Shown piece after piece: positions 11,570 through 24,700 of a stretch of 64,000 nucleotides of DNA. This stretch comes from Welwitschia mirabilis (Eukaryota), in the NCBI GenBank assembly GCA_051453625.1, contig JBOZIK010000001.1, positions 14,509,654-14,573,653 on the forward strand, written 5' to 3'. A program made the translations under genes and the position numbers. Within the stretch, counting starts at the first letter, position 1, and each line of letters begins with the position of its first letter. The notes under the pieces were generated by a model that had not been told where the DNA came from, did not search any database, and saw nothing but the letters and a program-made list of their open reading frames with translations.

Positions 11570-13750
11570 TAACAAAGGGGAAGTCTGGTAAGTTTGTAGC
11601 CAAGAATGTTAAATGCTAACATCATAAGAAAAATGGCCCTTTGCATAAAGATTGCTGGAGCTAGCGAAAAAAGCAAAAGGGTAGATAATAGTAATAGTAG
11701 TAATAACAAATAGGAGGAATAGAATAGTGGTTAAGAGCTAAATGTGAAAGGAAAGGCACCTTGAGCTGATTACTGGGGATGGAAGGCCAATGTCTCCATG
11801 TCCTGTTCTGCTAATATTTTGTATTGTTAACTCAAGAACATCATTTCATGTCTATAAACACAAAGAATATTTGTTCAATTATAAAGTTGTTTCTAGTGGT
11901 AATGTCATTTTTGGCTGATGACGAAGCTGGCAAGTGTTGGGGATATATTGTATTGGGTAATGGCAAAAAAGAGAAAGAAAGAAACAAAAAAGAGAAGAAG
12001 AAGAGGAGGAAAAAGAGCTACTTTGATTGGTACGTGTCATGTGCCTACAGTGTATAAAACTCAATTTATGCTTAACAACCTGATGACCTTCAATGTAGAA
12101 TCACTATGGAAAGAAGATTTTGGAAGGTGAGCAAAGGGGTTAGGACTCTATTGCATGGCAAAAAGGCCTACATATATTAGAATCTAAAGCAATGGTTACT
12201 ATTGCTGATGATGTCTCCTTGTGGCACTAGAAATTAGGACATCTCAACAGTACTGATTTCAAGACATTTGCCGCAAATAATCTTTGAGCTAAGTTTTCTT
12301 CAACTTCATTAGATGTCTATAATGATTATGATGTTGGTAAAAGGAAAAGAGTAGTTGTTAAAAGATCTGAAGTAGATAGGAAGGCAAAGACATTTAACCA
12401 TATTTATTCAGATCTTACCAAGAAAACACAACTCTGTCCTATGCATTGTAAATACCAAGTTTAGAAAGGTTTGAAGAGTGTAGAGCTAGACTCGGAAATG
12501 AGTTTGGTTGTAGAATTAAAGGTTTAATTAGTGTCAATGGGAAAGAATACATCTCCCATGAGTTTCATGTGTTTTGCAAGCAGATAGATATTGTTCACAT
12601 GGAGATTCAATCATGAATACTACAAATTTTTGGTGTTGTAGAGAGAGAATACAATTTTGGAGAGGTTGAGGTTTATATAATCACTCTCCTCATTTTGCTT
12701 TGGATGGACATCTTCCAAAAGTTTTATTTGGAGTAAGAGGACTTTCTCCTTCTCTTATTTGTGTCGTTCCAAGGCATATATTCACTTGAAGAAGACAGGA
12801 AAGTGAAGGAATGTTACATAGTGTGTCTTCCCTAGCTATCAAGAGGAAGATGTTATATGCAGGTTATGGAATCAACTAACACACACAATCCTTAGATCCC
12901 AAGATGTTTTTTGGGCAAATATCATTTTTTTTAACAAATCATAAGATGAGAACCAAAAGGAGGGGACTTCTACTAGCACCTTGCAAAAGCCTATGAAATG
13001 TCTAAATGATGATGATCAGGGTTAGCTTGATAAGAATTCTGTGATTCCCACATGAGGATCAAAGATACATCAAACCACCCATAACGAACTCTTTCTTCTT
13101 GTGTTATGTGCTATATAATATGTACTACTAGTAGAAAACTAGAATATTTAATTCTTCTTGAAGTTCAAATAACTCGAAAAGAGACAAAGAAAAGGAAATG
13201 TAGTTTGTAGAACAATTTTACATGGGGTTTAGTTCCCTTCCCAAAAGATAATAAATCTTTAAGATGCAAGTGGGTGTTTGCATATGATCAGCTACAATAG
13301 AAGGCAAGGCTATTTGTAAATGGTTTCAACCACAACTAAGTAGCTTCTCAATGAGATCTTCTCACATGTTATTACACATTTGTGATCATTACCATGGAGG
13401 GGCGTGATGAGGTCCACAACTAAGTAGCTTCTCAATGAGATCTTCTCACGTGTTATTACACATTTGTGATCATTACCATGGAGGGGCATGATGAGGTCTA
13501 GGATGCCTAATCACGGCCAAAATTCATCTTTTTGGAGGTTTCTCATCCAGGAATGAATTTCTAAGATTTGAGACTAACTTTAGTCTATGATAGTTCTTTG
13601 AGAGAAAGCAATTACTAAGCACACCTTTGGACAAAGTTAACACACATAATTACATATAAAAGAATCAAAACAACATTTGAAGATTGGATTGAGACTTTTC
13701 TCCAGTAGTTTGTCCCTACATAAAGGCATCCTAGAAGATTCTAATTATGT
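11570..13750 (+). mobile_element. Highly degenerate Ty1/copia internal region
   Basis: Zn-knuckle remnant ~11740, LGNGK protease flank, LWH*KLGHLN at 12220, integrase NGKEYISHEF, CKWVF, KARLFVNGF and ETFSPVV. Confidence 0.75.
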
Positions 13751-15173
13751 TGAAACAACTAAAGTTGGTGTGAATTCCAATGTTTAAGACTAATGAAGAT
13801 GCTTCGTGATGCATTGCTGATGAAAAAGTCAAAGATGATAACAACAATGCTAGAATTCCAATGTTTAAAACTAATGAAGATGCTTCGTGATGCATGGTTG
13901 ATGAAAAAGTCAAAGATGATAACGTTTAATTTTATAGTTTTGAGAGTTTTTACCTTATGGTTTATTGCTATCATGTTTTTTAAACCCTTTTTGATAGTTG
14001 TTTAAGATTTTCATGTTAAGAGTTTTAAATAAATGTATACTCTAAAAATATTACCTAAAGTTCTTATTTACAATGTTATTTTGTAAGACATGTTAATGCA
14101 TCTTATATTTTACATTTAAATAGGTTAATGTTGTGTAGGAAGTCTAAAAACATTATCAAAATACTTAAAATGGTTATTTGAAATGCTCTAAAATGAGACT
14201 CTTTAGTGACACTTTCTTACTCCCATGTTCATATGCAATCGGTTGCCAAATCAAATCAAGTAACAAGTATTTTCACATAGTTGAGCTGGGTGATGAGTTT
14301 GAGTCTTGCTGCAATGGACAAAGCAAACATGTTGAACTTTCAAGCATTCACATGATTTACATACCGAACAAGGCCTTCAAGTACATGTTGAAGAAGAATG
14401 TTCCATGGAAACCTCATTTAGATAAATTGCAAGGTATCTTCCAAAGCCTAATCGTTTAAAGGTTTTGAGATGTTATTTAGAATTCCCTTCTTTATCTCCA
14501 AAGTTGATAGCCAATAGTAATCACATTCATCACTACAAATCCCAAACACAACTTGGATGCTACAGTTGTGATACCTTTAGCTATGGAATCAATCAAGGAA
14601 AGCAAGGTTGTCATGGAATCCTTTGGCAACGCATTGCTTATGATGAGAGAGCATTCCAAGTCCCAAGAAGCTCATGGTAGGGGCAAAACTAGAAGAAATT
14701 CTAGCACACATGATGTCATTTGCTTTTCCTACAAAAGAAAAGGACACATTTAAGCAATTTCATAAGCTAAAGAACAAGGAAAAAAACTAGGGATTAATGA
14801 AGGAGGAAGGAGTAACTTTTAGTCAATCCAACCAAAATGATGGTGAAGCAAGAATTGCTTTGATTGCTCATTCAAGCAACGCAACTGTTTCTCAATAAAG
14901 TTCTTAGGACACATGAACCTTAGATACTATTGTCTCCTACTATGCTTGTCCTCATAAAGAACTACTCCACAATTATAAGATGGCACGAGAAGGAGTTTTA
15001 CCTCTAGTCAATGGTGACACTCACAAGATTTGAAGGATTAGATTTGTGAAGCTGCAATTTTTAGATGGACATATTTTGACATTGCAAACTATTAGCATAT
15101 TCATATAATAGCAAAGAAATAGTTATCTAGACAAAGATGGTCCTATTGTTACATATGAAGCAATTGTTGGAAG

Positions 15174-15520
15174 TGTTGATAACGAAGCCAAATGGGTTAT
15201 TTTTAATGTTGTAACATTATGTTTTAACATTGACCCCTAAAAGGAGAATATGTTATTAACACCTTGCGGTGTTTTTTTAAAATGAAAAAAAGGGGTAGTC
15301 TGAGTTGGCTTGAAGTTGCTTGAAAACCCTAAACACTATTTAAAGGTTGCTTAGGCATTTGTTTCTATAGTTCTCATTTTTGCTTCTTGAAGAAGCTTAA
15401 GAGCTCTACTTGCTTCCCATGATTTTTCTTGCAAGTTACATGTAATTTTATGTATGTGTTCTTCCTTTTGCTTGTTGTATCAATTTCTGTACCACTGATT
15501 TGTGGTTGTAATTTATAACA
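15174..15520. mobile_element. Solo LTR inserted in copia pol
   Basis: TGTTGA...ATAACA with TSD ggaag/agaag. Excising it restores host reading NCWK|VCKGAMFLIHG. Confidence 0.8.
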
Positions 15521-16499
15521 AGAAGGTTTGTAAAGGAGCAATGTTTCTAATTCATGGCACAAAGGAGGAGTTCATGTGTATCATTAAAGTTGAACCCATC
15601 TCTAGAAGTCTTGTTGTGACTGAAGGAGAATACTATATCTCTATGGCATCAACACTTTGGGAATTCTGATTTCGTTAGACATATTAAGCATATTTCTGCT
15701 TGTAGGACATCACAAGTTTTTATATTTATGGATGAACATAGTAAGAAATATCGATGTATCTTCTAAAATCGAAAGATGGTGTTCATCACATTTACAATTT
15801 TTAGATCAAGAATTGAAAATGAAATTGGCAAGAAAATAGCACATTTTCATATTGATCATGGTAGTGAATTATGCTCTGTGGAGTTTGAGAACTTCTACAA
15901 GGAAGAAGGTATTATCCTTGAAAAGATAGCTCCTATACACCTCCACAAGATGGTGTTACAAAAACATTGGAAGAAGGAATAGAATCATGGTGAAGAGTGT
16001 CAAAACTATGATTTTTGAGTTATGAACCCCTACTAAATTGCAGAAAGAAGTAGCATATAAAATGGTTTGTTTATTACATAGATCACGATGTGCAGCTCTT
16101 AAGAGTAATATATGTTGTAGAGAGGAATGTAATTTCTCTAGCCCGTCTTGTAACATGTGGATGTCAGGTATACAATCATATCATCACCTGCATTTGGTTA
16201 GAGACACGTGCATGCAAGCATGCATGTGTTGGATAAACAGTGAAATGAGCAATATACAGGTTGCAATCCTATGTTTCAAAAGGTGTTTAGGTCACATGAC
16301 ATGAATATCAAGGAAGATGTGATGTTCTTCCATTCACGAGAATTAAGACCAAAACAAGGTACATTATGTTGCTTGTACACAGCATTCCTTCAAGAAAGAT
16401 GCATGTACAATAATTGAAAATTGACAAATCAATAACTAATGGCATGGGTTCTAAATCCGTAATCTATGACTAACCTATCCAAATTGGAGACTAATTACC

Positions 16500-16750
16500 C
16501 TTTTTTTCTTTTTTTTTGAATGATGAAGAGAACCCACCCCCTGCAACAAGGGTCACTTGGCCTGGAGGCATCGTAAACTCTCCAGCTATGTAGTTTTGAA
16601 GATTAAAATGACCCATTACATAGCAAGCTGACTATACAGCTCCTTTATACCTAACTTAATAGAGGTCATAAGGCATCTTGTGGATTCGAACCTGGGTCTT
16701 GAGGGTGGGAACCCAAGCTTTTCACAACTAGGAGGGGGGTCAAAGCACTA
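16500..16750 (-). mobile_element. tRNA-derived SINE (family B) with 12-bp TSD
   Basis: B-box GGTTCGAATCC on the minus strand, A tail (T-run 16501-16517), and perfect TSD AGACTAATTACC at 16488-16499 and 16751-16762. Confidence 0.88.
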
Positions 16751-18785
16751 AGACTAATTACCATTTAACAATGGTAGCCAAGTTATTTTTAAAAAAAAAA
16801 AGAAAATATAGGAAAATGGTTTTTTACATGAACAATTCCACCAAGACATGATTCTACACATATAATGGTATTTAGGGAAACATTCGTAATACAATATCCA
16901 GAAAATGTGATAGTAATGGAGGACAACACAAAGATGTGGATGCCCATCTATCTATTTAGCCTATTATCAATATTATAATCATATGTGAATCTCAAAACAA
17001 TGAATTATATCTAGTTCCAATAAATTAACTCCTCCTTTTTGAATTAAGTAATACAAAACATGAAAAATGTAGAAAAAGAGAAATATTGTAATAATTAAGC
17101 AAAATTATATTGTTTCTTGGATTGCAACGTTTAGTTAAAAATAATAAGAAAAATGTTGAAAATTGAAATAGATAGTTTAGAATTCCAAGCTTCAAAATAG
17201 AGTCTCATTTTAATCTTTAGCCATAAAAATATTAATTTCAGAAATATTGTTAAAATCTTTTAATATAGACATTTGGACTTACCTATTCTTAGTTGAAGAA
17301 CGAATGAAATCTACAAATCTTTCAAGTTTCTTATAGTTTGCTTGACTATTAATCATGCTTTGAGCAGGAGTGCACTCTGAATTGTCAAAACAGAATGTGC
17401 TTCAAGCCCTTTATGTGTTTAATACTTCTTTGCCCTTTTCCATGCAAGAAATTAATCTCCTCTAATTAAAGATTAACCAGATGAGAGATTAATCTGCCAC
17501 TATTGACTAATTCTTAAGATTAAAAACTTTATTTAATCAAATCAGATAGAGCAATTGGAAATTTTGTATAATTAGTGATTAATCATTGATTTCTCACTCA
17601 ATGTCCATGCCTTCAAAAAGAACAGATCATAACTCCTTTTAGTTCAAATTCTAAATTTGATTCTAACAATGATTATGAAAATGTTCATTCTAATTTGCTA
17701 TGTCCTAAAATTGGTGGAGGACAATTTGTTGATCAATATGCTAGAACCTAGAATCTAGCATATTGGATTTGAAGATCATTAAGGCAAACCAACAGGTAGT
17801 TTCCCTCATTGACTTATATCCTATACATTGTTTGTATTGAGCTTGAAACATACTAAGAGCCCACTAGTTATCCAATCTTTGAAAAATGGCTTAATGTCAT
17901 CCAAGAGGAGATGAGCTTTCTATTCCAAAATAGGATGTGCGCTCATGTGCCTTCTTTAAGAGGCAAGCATAATATTCCTAATAGATGGTTGCACAAAAGT
18001 AAAGTCAGTAGGGAGAAGAAATATAGATTAGTGGCTAAAGATTTCAAGCAAAAGCGAGGTATCCATTTTACTAAACTCTTTACACCTAAAGTTAACCATG
18101 CCTTCTTTCCTAGGAAGCCTATCTAAACGGGGAATGCCAACAAGTAAACATCACAACTGGTTTTCTACATGGTGATTTCGAAAAGCAAATCTATACACAA
18201 CAACTAGAAGTCGTTAAGGATTTTCATGCTCAACTTGTGTGTAGATTGACAAGGAGTGTATATGGTTTAAAGCAAGCTTCTTGTCAGTGGTATAAATGAT
18301 TCAACTCTTATATGCCAAAGCAACAATACTCCTAAGGTGAAGTAGATCACTATGCATACTTACAAGGGTTTGCAAGAAGCAAAATTGTCATTAGGTTATT
18401 GTATGCTAATGACGTCTTGTTAGTTGAAAATGAAGTGATGAGAGTAAATGATTAAATTCTCAAATGGCTAAGTAGTCTGCAACCCAAAAAAAAGAAAAAG
18501 AGAAATAAAAAAGTCTTTGCCTATCGCATTCTTAGCATGAGAATTAACAAGGACAAAAGCAACAAAAGCTTGAAATTAATTCAATCTAAATACATTGCTA
18601 TGTTGTTGGAAAGCTAGTCTTGCCCTTCTTTCTTTGACTCCACATTTCAAATAGTGCTAAGAGTATCATCAATGAACTAATAAGAAAGGGGAAAGAAGGT
18701 GGCCTCTGTTTATTATACTGGAGTTGTAGGCAGCAATATGTATGCAATGTTATATATGCATCCTAACAACGCTTATGCAGTGGGA

Positions 18786-19271
18786 GCTTCTTTTTCTTCA
18801 TCTTCTTCTTCAACTTCTTCTTTTTCTTTTTCTTTTCTTTTCTTTTTCTTTTCTTTTCTTTTCTGTGTCNNNNNNNNNNNNNNNNNNNNNNNNNNNNNNN
18901 NNNNNNNNNNNNNNNNNNNNNNNNNNNNNNNNNNNNNNNNNNNNNNNNNNNNNNNNNNNNNNNNNNNNNTCTCTCTCTCTCTCTATCTATCTATCTGTCT
19001 ATCTCCCCCTTCCTTCCTCCCACTCCCCCCTCTCCTTGCTTTTTTCCCCTTCCCTTTTCTTTTCTTTTTTTTTTCAAATTTATCCAAGAAGCCCATGGCT
19101 AGCCCCTGCTAGTCTAGAAGCTAGCCACCAAATGTCCAAGTCTAGCTCATGATTCATACCGAAGAAGTTGGAGCCCATGCCTCAGTGCACCTTGAATACA
19201 TGAATATAGACCACAAGCTAACTAGACCACCAAGGATTCAGACCAAGGCATTAAGGCTTCCAACTTATAAA
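18786..19271 (-). mobile_element. TPRT-type (non-LTR) insertion in copia RT
   Basis: 14-bp TSD CTTATGCAGTGGGA / CTTATGCAATGGGA at 18772-18785 and 19272-19285, with a T/CT-rich tail at the left end. Host reading AYAVG...VSR resumes after it. Confidence 0.7.
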
Positions 19272-20299
19272 CTTATGCAATGGGATTTGTCTCTAGATAG
19301 ATGAGCAATCGAAACCACAAATATAGGGAATCAATAAAGTAGATCATTATGTAATTGAAGAGGACACAACATGATGCATTGCATTTTGGGGTGATAAAGT
19401 CCATAGTTTTGGTTTTGTAAATGCAAGTTTAGTTGGTTGCTATGATATGATCCACCACAGACAATTTTTGCATAATCATTAGTAGTGTAGTGCTTTAGCT
19501 ATCACACTTCTATGCAAACGTCTTCTTGACCACTATTGAAGCATAATGGATTACTTTTAAATAGGCAGCAAAAGAAATGACAAAGTTGAAATAAATGCTT
19601 AAATGGTTTAGATTTCAGCAAAACAAATGGGAGATTTTGTGTGACCATCAACATGCAATATGTTTGGCAAAAAAAAGGAATAATTCATCCTCATACAAAA
19701 GATATTGACTTTTAATATCATTTCATACAAAGGACTAAATAAAAAAATCTACTACAACTCAATCAAATTCATACAAAAGATAAGGTAGCAAAGGCACTAA
19801 CAAACATTGTGGCACCAGATGAGAATTCCTTCTACAAAAGAAAGATTTATTTGGCTATTAGTCATTAATCCAAGCATAGATCATAGTGCAACACTTGGTG
19901 CTTTAAAGATAGAGCTTGTCCTTGAAGATGAATGAATTTGTCTTTAACTGGGAGGATTATGAAGTAGAACTTATCTTAGAACGAAGAGAAGAAGGCAATT
20001 CAAGTTCAAATTAAAGCATATGGAAGAGCATTGTAACTATAGATATTAGGGCTAATTAAACAATGTAATTATAAAAGACATCAAAAGAATATGGAATACA
20101 TAGCTTACAAACTAAAGAAAGACCTCTTTGAACATGTCAATAGGGTGAACAAAAGAACTAGAACCACTCAAAGAGGTTAGACATCAATTTAACAATGAAA
20201 TAACTTATTTAGAAAGTGATTTATTTGTTTGATTTATGATGAAGGTCTAATAGTTGGCAAGGATGAAGCTAGTTATTTAGGCTACGATGATGAACAAAT

Positions 20300-21916
20300 G
20301 TGGAATGGACCAAGACATGCAACAACGAGTAGGTTCCCTAAATGTTACCATGATAGCTTGTAGGAATTTGACAAATTAAGATATTAGACACAAGAAAATG
20401 CACAAGAACAAGAAAGCTTGCATAAGGAAACATAGCAAAATATCATGGCATAAGTAGAAAATGAAGAAAGATCTTAAAAAAGGTATATGATGAAGAGAAG
20501 ATGAAGACATAGAGTTAGAGGGACTGGGTTAGGGTTATTGAAATGCCCCACACAAAGAAAAACTACATCCAAGAAGAAGGATAAGACAATGCAATTCTAG
20601 AGGTCAGGCAAACTAAATGCTAAAATGAATTCATGCTCTATGATGATTAGAGAAGAAAAGGCATTACCAAAGAAGAAAATTATGAATTTCTCTAAAACAT
20701 CCCATTTAAAATATTGTTTCTTTTACTTGAAATATAGGCTAATCATGGGTAGTGGCTCATAGCTACTCAGAAAGATATGTTTGCCTAATTTAACTTTAAG
20801 GGAAAGGAAATTCAATGAGACTAGATTCCTATTCTAGTTTCCATGGGACCTCTTCATGCACTTAACCTAAGGAAATCATAGAAACTTTTTTCTCAATTAC
20901 ATTCAAGAGAAGCATATCAATGATTTGCTAAAGGGTTGATGAAGACATACTAATTATGGCATGATTGTGGGTTGTGTCATAACGCAGTTGAAGGGTAAAA
21001 TGCCATGAATCAATGAAGTCTTTCTTCAACAATCAAAATCAAAACTTTCTCTAACCACCCTACAACCCACATATGAGATATCACTAGAGTTTTCCATGAA
21101 TAAAGCAAACTGTGCAAGAATAACCATTACAAACCCAAACTCTAATGAGAAGAAGGGGTTAAAACTAATGGTTTGGAGAGCATACCAGCATAGAAGCCTA
21201 GAAGGACTTAAATCAATCTACTAATGCGAAAATCATGCAACTTGCAACCAAAATTTTAAATGTTTGCAAGGGAATTTACCATCTCAACCATAAACTAACA
21301 CAAGAAATGTGAGGAAGACTTAAGTTAATCTCATTAATTCCAAGAAAGGATGAAAATGAACATAAACAAGGATAGTGAACATAAAGAAGGATATAGGCTA
21401 TCTTTTTGAGAATTTGAAAGAAATTATATGAACCATCTAATGATGCAAATAAGAAGAAAACGTTCTCTAGGCTACATGAAGATGAACTAAATGAAAATGT
21501 CGAGCATGAAAATTCTCATAATTAGCATGAAAAGGAATGAGAATGCTAGCTCCCAACAATCAATCCCAAGTGGGAACTAAAGTAACTATTGCAACAAAGA
21601 TGATCTTGAAAAGAATGAAGAGGAGAAGATACTTGTGCAAAAATATGGACATCCACATTTCCAGTATTACATAGCAAAGCAAAGCAAAAGCAAGAAGAAG
21701 GAGACACTTGCAAATTCCTAGGGTGCTTTAGGTTTTGAAGGAGTTCAAAATTGGCATTCCCTTAATCAATGTCATATAATAGATCCCTATCTAGACTAAT
21801 TTCTCAAGGACCTTTGCACCATGAAAATAAAATTAACTATAAAGAAAGATGTCTCTCATGGAAAACACTAGAGCCATAATTCATAACAAAGTTTCTACTA
21901 AGTACAAAGACGTAAG
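20300..21916 (+). mobile_element. Athila-like Ty3/gypsy gag-protease relic (continues ~30948-31000)
   Basis: KGNLPSQP, IPL..VI..IP...FLKDLCTMK and TKYKD motifs. Cut by the SIRE insertion and resuming after its TSD. Confidence 0.7.
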
Positions 21917-23439
21917 TGTACGATCTAGAACCCTAGAGGGGGGGTGAATAGGATTTATAGTTTAAATATTACCCTGTAAAAATTTCACCAAAAATATTTG
22001 AGCATTCAAATTAACGGACTAAGGTATTGTTAAATAAGATCAAATGAAAGAATATGAAAATAACTGAAAATAGAAAATACCAAAAAAAAGGTAATCAGAC
22101 ACACAATTTAGTGGTTCGGGAAACCCTTTACTTCCCTCTTGACAGTCAGCTTCAACGCTAAGCTAGTCCGGATCCTTGTTGCTTTGTTTCCAGGTTTCTC
22201 AAGTCAACCTGTAACCTTTACAAACAGACTTTTCGAAGCTAAGTCTCAACCTTTATAGAGCAAAGCTTTTTGGAGACAATAACGTGTTAGAATGCACTGA
22301 CTCCACCAGATCTAAAGCACAACAAGGTCAAAAATACACTGTCTAAAAGTAAGTTCACAAGTCTAAGTATGTACAGTGTAGTCTGTTTGACCAAGATTTC
22401 AATAGTACAAAAGAGTGCTTTNNNNNNNNNNNNNNNNNNNNNNNNNNNNNNNNNNNNNNNNNNNNNNNNNNNNNNNNNNNNNNNNNNNNNNNNNNNNNNN
22501 NNNNNNNNNNNNNNNNNNNNNNNNNNNNNNNNNNNNNNNNNNNNNNNNNNNNNNNNNNNNNNNNNNNNNNNNNNNNNNNNNNNNNNNNNNNNNNNNNNNN
22601 NNNNNNNNNNNNNNNNNNNNNNNNNNNNNNNNNNNNNNNNNNNNNNNNNNNNNNNNNNNNNNNNNNNNNNNNNNNNNNNNNNNNNNNNNNNNNNNNNNNN
22701 NNNNNNNNNNNNNNNNNNNNNNNNNNNNNNNNNNNNNNNNNNNNNNNNNNNNNNNNNNNNNNNNNNNNNNNNNNNNNNNTCTAGTCGACCCCTTGATAAA
22801 CTGATTTGACAATTTTTGGTACAGATCCGGTCGACCACTCTGGGATTCGCTTAACCCCTTATTTGTTCTGTCACCTGTCAGGTTTATGCGAAGATAATGA
22901 AAAATGTTGGATTACTTCTGACCTACAAGGACTATTATTTTCTATAATAATTGCAACATATTTTACTAAACTAGAGATGTTAGTTTGACGTCAGCTTGGC
23001 AAAAATAACTTAATAATCTCCCCCTTTGATATTAATGGTAAACTATTCTTGATTATATATAACAAGTTGTCAAGCTTATTACGAAAACTCCCCCTCACAA
23101 TATGCCCATAATAAAACATGAAATATCATTGACCAAAATAACAACATGTTTATTTACTACAAGCATTCATAATGATTTTGTAGAGATAAACAATTTAAAC
23201 AAGTTTTTGAAAGTACAATCTATAGGAAATATATCATTCATTAGTAAGTAGTACAATTAATATAGACATTCACTACCATTAACCAATAACTTAACTAGTA
23301 CAACTGATAAACAACCATGCTAAGAAAAAAATCATCAGNNNNNNNNNNNNNNNNNNNNNNNNNNNNNNNNNNNNNTTGACATCAATGACAAAGGAGAGAA
23401 AACAACAACAGCAACAATAATAACAATAACAATAACTAC

Positions 23440-24700
23440 GAGAAGATTACTCTGATTCTTCCTCAGATTCTTCTTCAAAATCTGGGTCTTCTTCTTCTTC
23501 TTCTACTTTCTACTGAGAGCTACTTGCTTTCTCTGAAGTGTCTGCAATTTTGTAGCCTACTGCAATGAGTGCCTCCTTCAAGTGACGAGTGCGCAAATCA
23601 AACCTTTTTAGGTACAAAAGGATCTCTTTAGGGGAGGCCTACTTCAGAGAAGGAGATTCAGAAGATTTCTTGGAGCCAGATAAAATATGCATTCAGGATA
23701 GAGTAGCACGCCCAATAGAAGACATGGGAGTTAAGGTTTCAAGTTTGGGGTGCATTTGGACCCTAAAGTGGCAACAGATATTTGCAATCAGGACAGAGTA
23801 AGGCAGAGCCTGAGTCTTGTGGTATTCCAACTTAGAGACCATATTCTTAAGAATGATGGCAAGAGCATCAACGGAGTGACGAGTTCCCACCAAATACAGA
23901 AGATAAGCATGATAACTTGAGGTCTCATCATGATAACTAGCAAATTGTAAAAAATTGTAGGTAAAAACTAGATGAAGAAAGCGATATTTGGGAATAACAT
24001 GGGAGGTGAAAACAGTGGTTTCCCACCAAATGAGTTTCCCACAAAGCTCTCTAGTGACTTCTGCCTTCTCCTCCATGGAGGCACCCAAGAGCCAAAACTC
24101 TTCATAATCTCCTCTAAGGAGATTTGTGAGGGAGGCTATCAGATCNNNNNNNNNNNNNNNNNNNNNNNNNNNNNNNNNNNNNNNNNNNNNNNNNNNNNNN
24201 NNNNNNNNNNNNNNNNNNNNNNNNNNNNNNNNNNNNNNNNNNNNNNNNNNNNNNNNNNNNNNNNNNNNNNNNNNNNNNNNNNNNNNNNNNNNNNNNNNNN
24301 NNNNNNNNNNNNNNNNNNNNNNNNNNNNNNNNNNNNNNNNNNNNNNNNNNNNNNNNNNNNNNNNNNNNNNNNNNNNNNNNNNNNNNNNNNNNNNNNNNNN
24401 NNNNNNNNNNNNNNNNNNNNNNNNNNNNNNNNNNNNNNNNNNNNNNNNNNNNNNNNNNNNNNNNNNNNNNNNNNNNNNNNNNNNNNNNNCACATGGCACT
24501 TGCTAAAGACCAAGGGAGGAGGAAGGAAACTGACAAGATCTGAAAGAGACAAGGAGACAGGTGGAAATGAGATAGGTAGGGTTCCAAAAAGATTTTTATA
24601 AGGGGATGAAATAAGCTAAATCTGAGGAAAAAAATTGGGTACATCGCCTTTCTTCTGCTCCTACCCCTACAGGCCCAGTTTACTCGACCCGTTGAGATGC
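23440..24700 (-). pseudogene. env-like extra ORF of the SIRE element
   Basis: Sense-strand ORF between RNase H and the 3' LTR: YRFLHLVFTYNFL...AYLLYLVGTRHSVD...ALPYSVLIANICCHFRV. Partly obscured by a gap. Confidence 0.7.

Larger units (their letters stand above)
14200..19960 (+). mobile_element. Degenerate Ty1/copia gag-pol interrupted by several insertions
   Basis: CFSYKRKGHI knuckle, integrase HIDHGSELCSVEFENFYKEEGI, RT YRLVAKDFKQKRGI / FLHGDFEKQIY / VYGLKQAS, RNase H HPHTKDID, and a PPT-like gggagg near 19950. Confidence 0.8.

Noticed and set aside
16660..16750. Functional tRNA gene
   Set aside because: No complete cloverleaf; the body, A tail and TSD identify a SINE.
16149..17700. Discrete LTR element starting TGTAACA
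   Set aside because: An insertion into the copia is likely, but no matching end or TSD was found.
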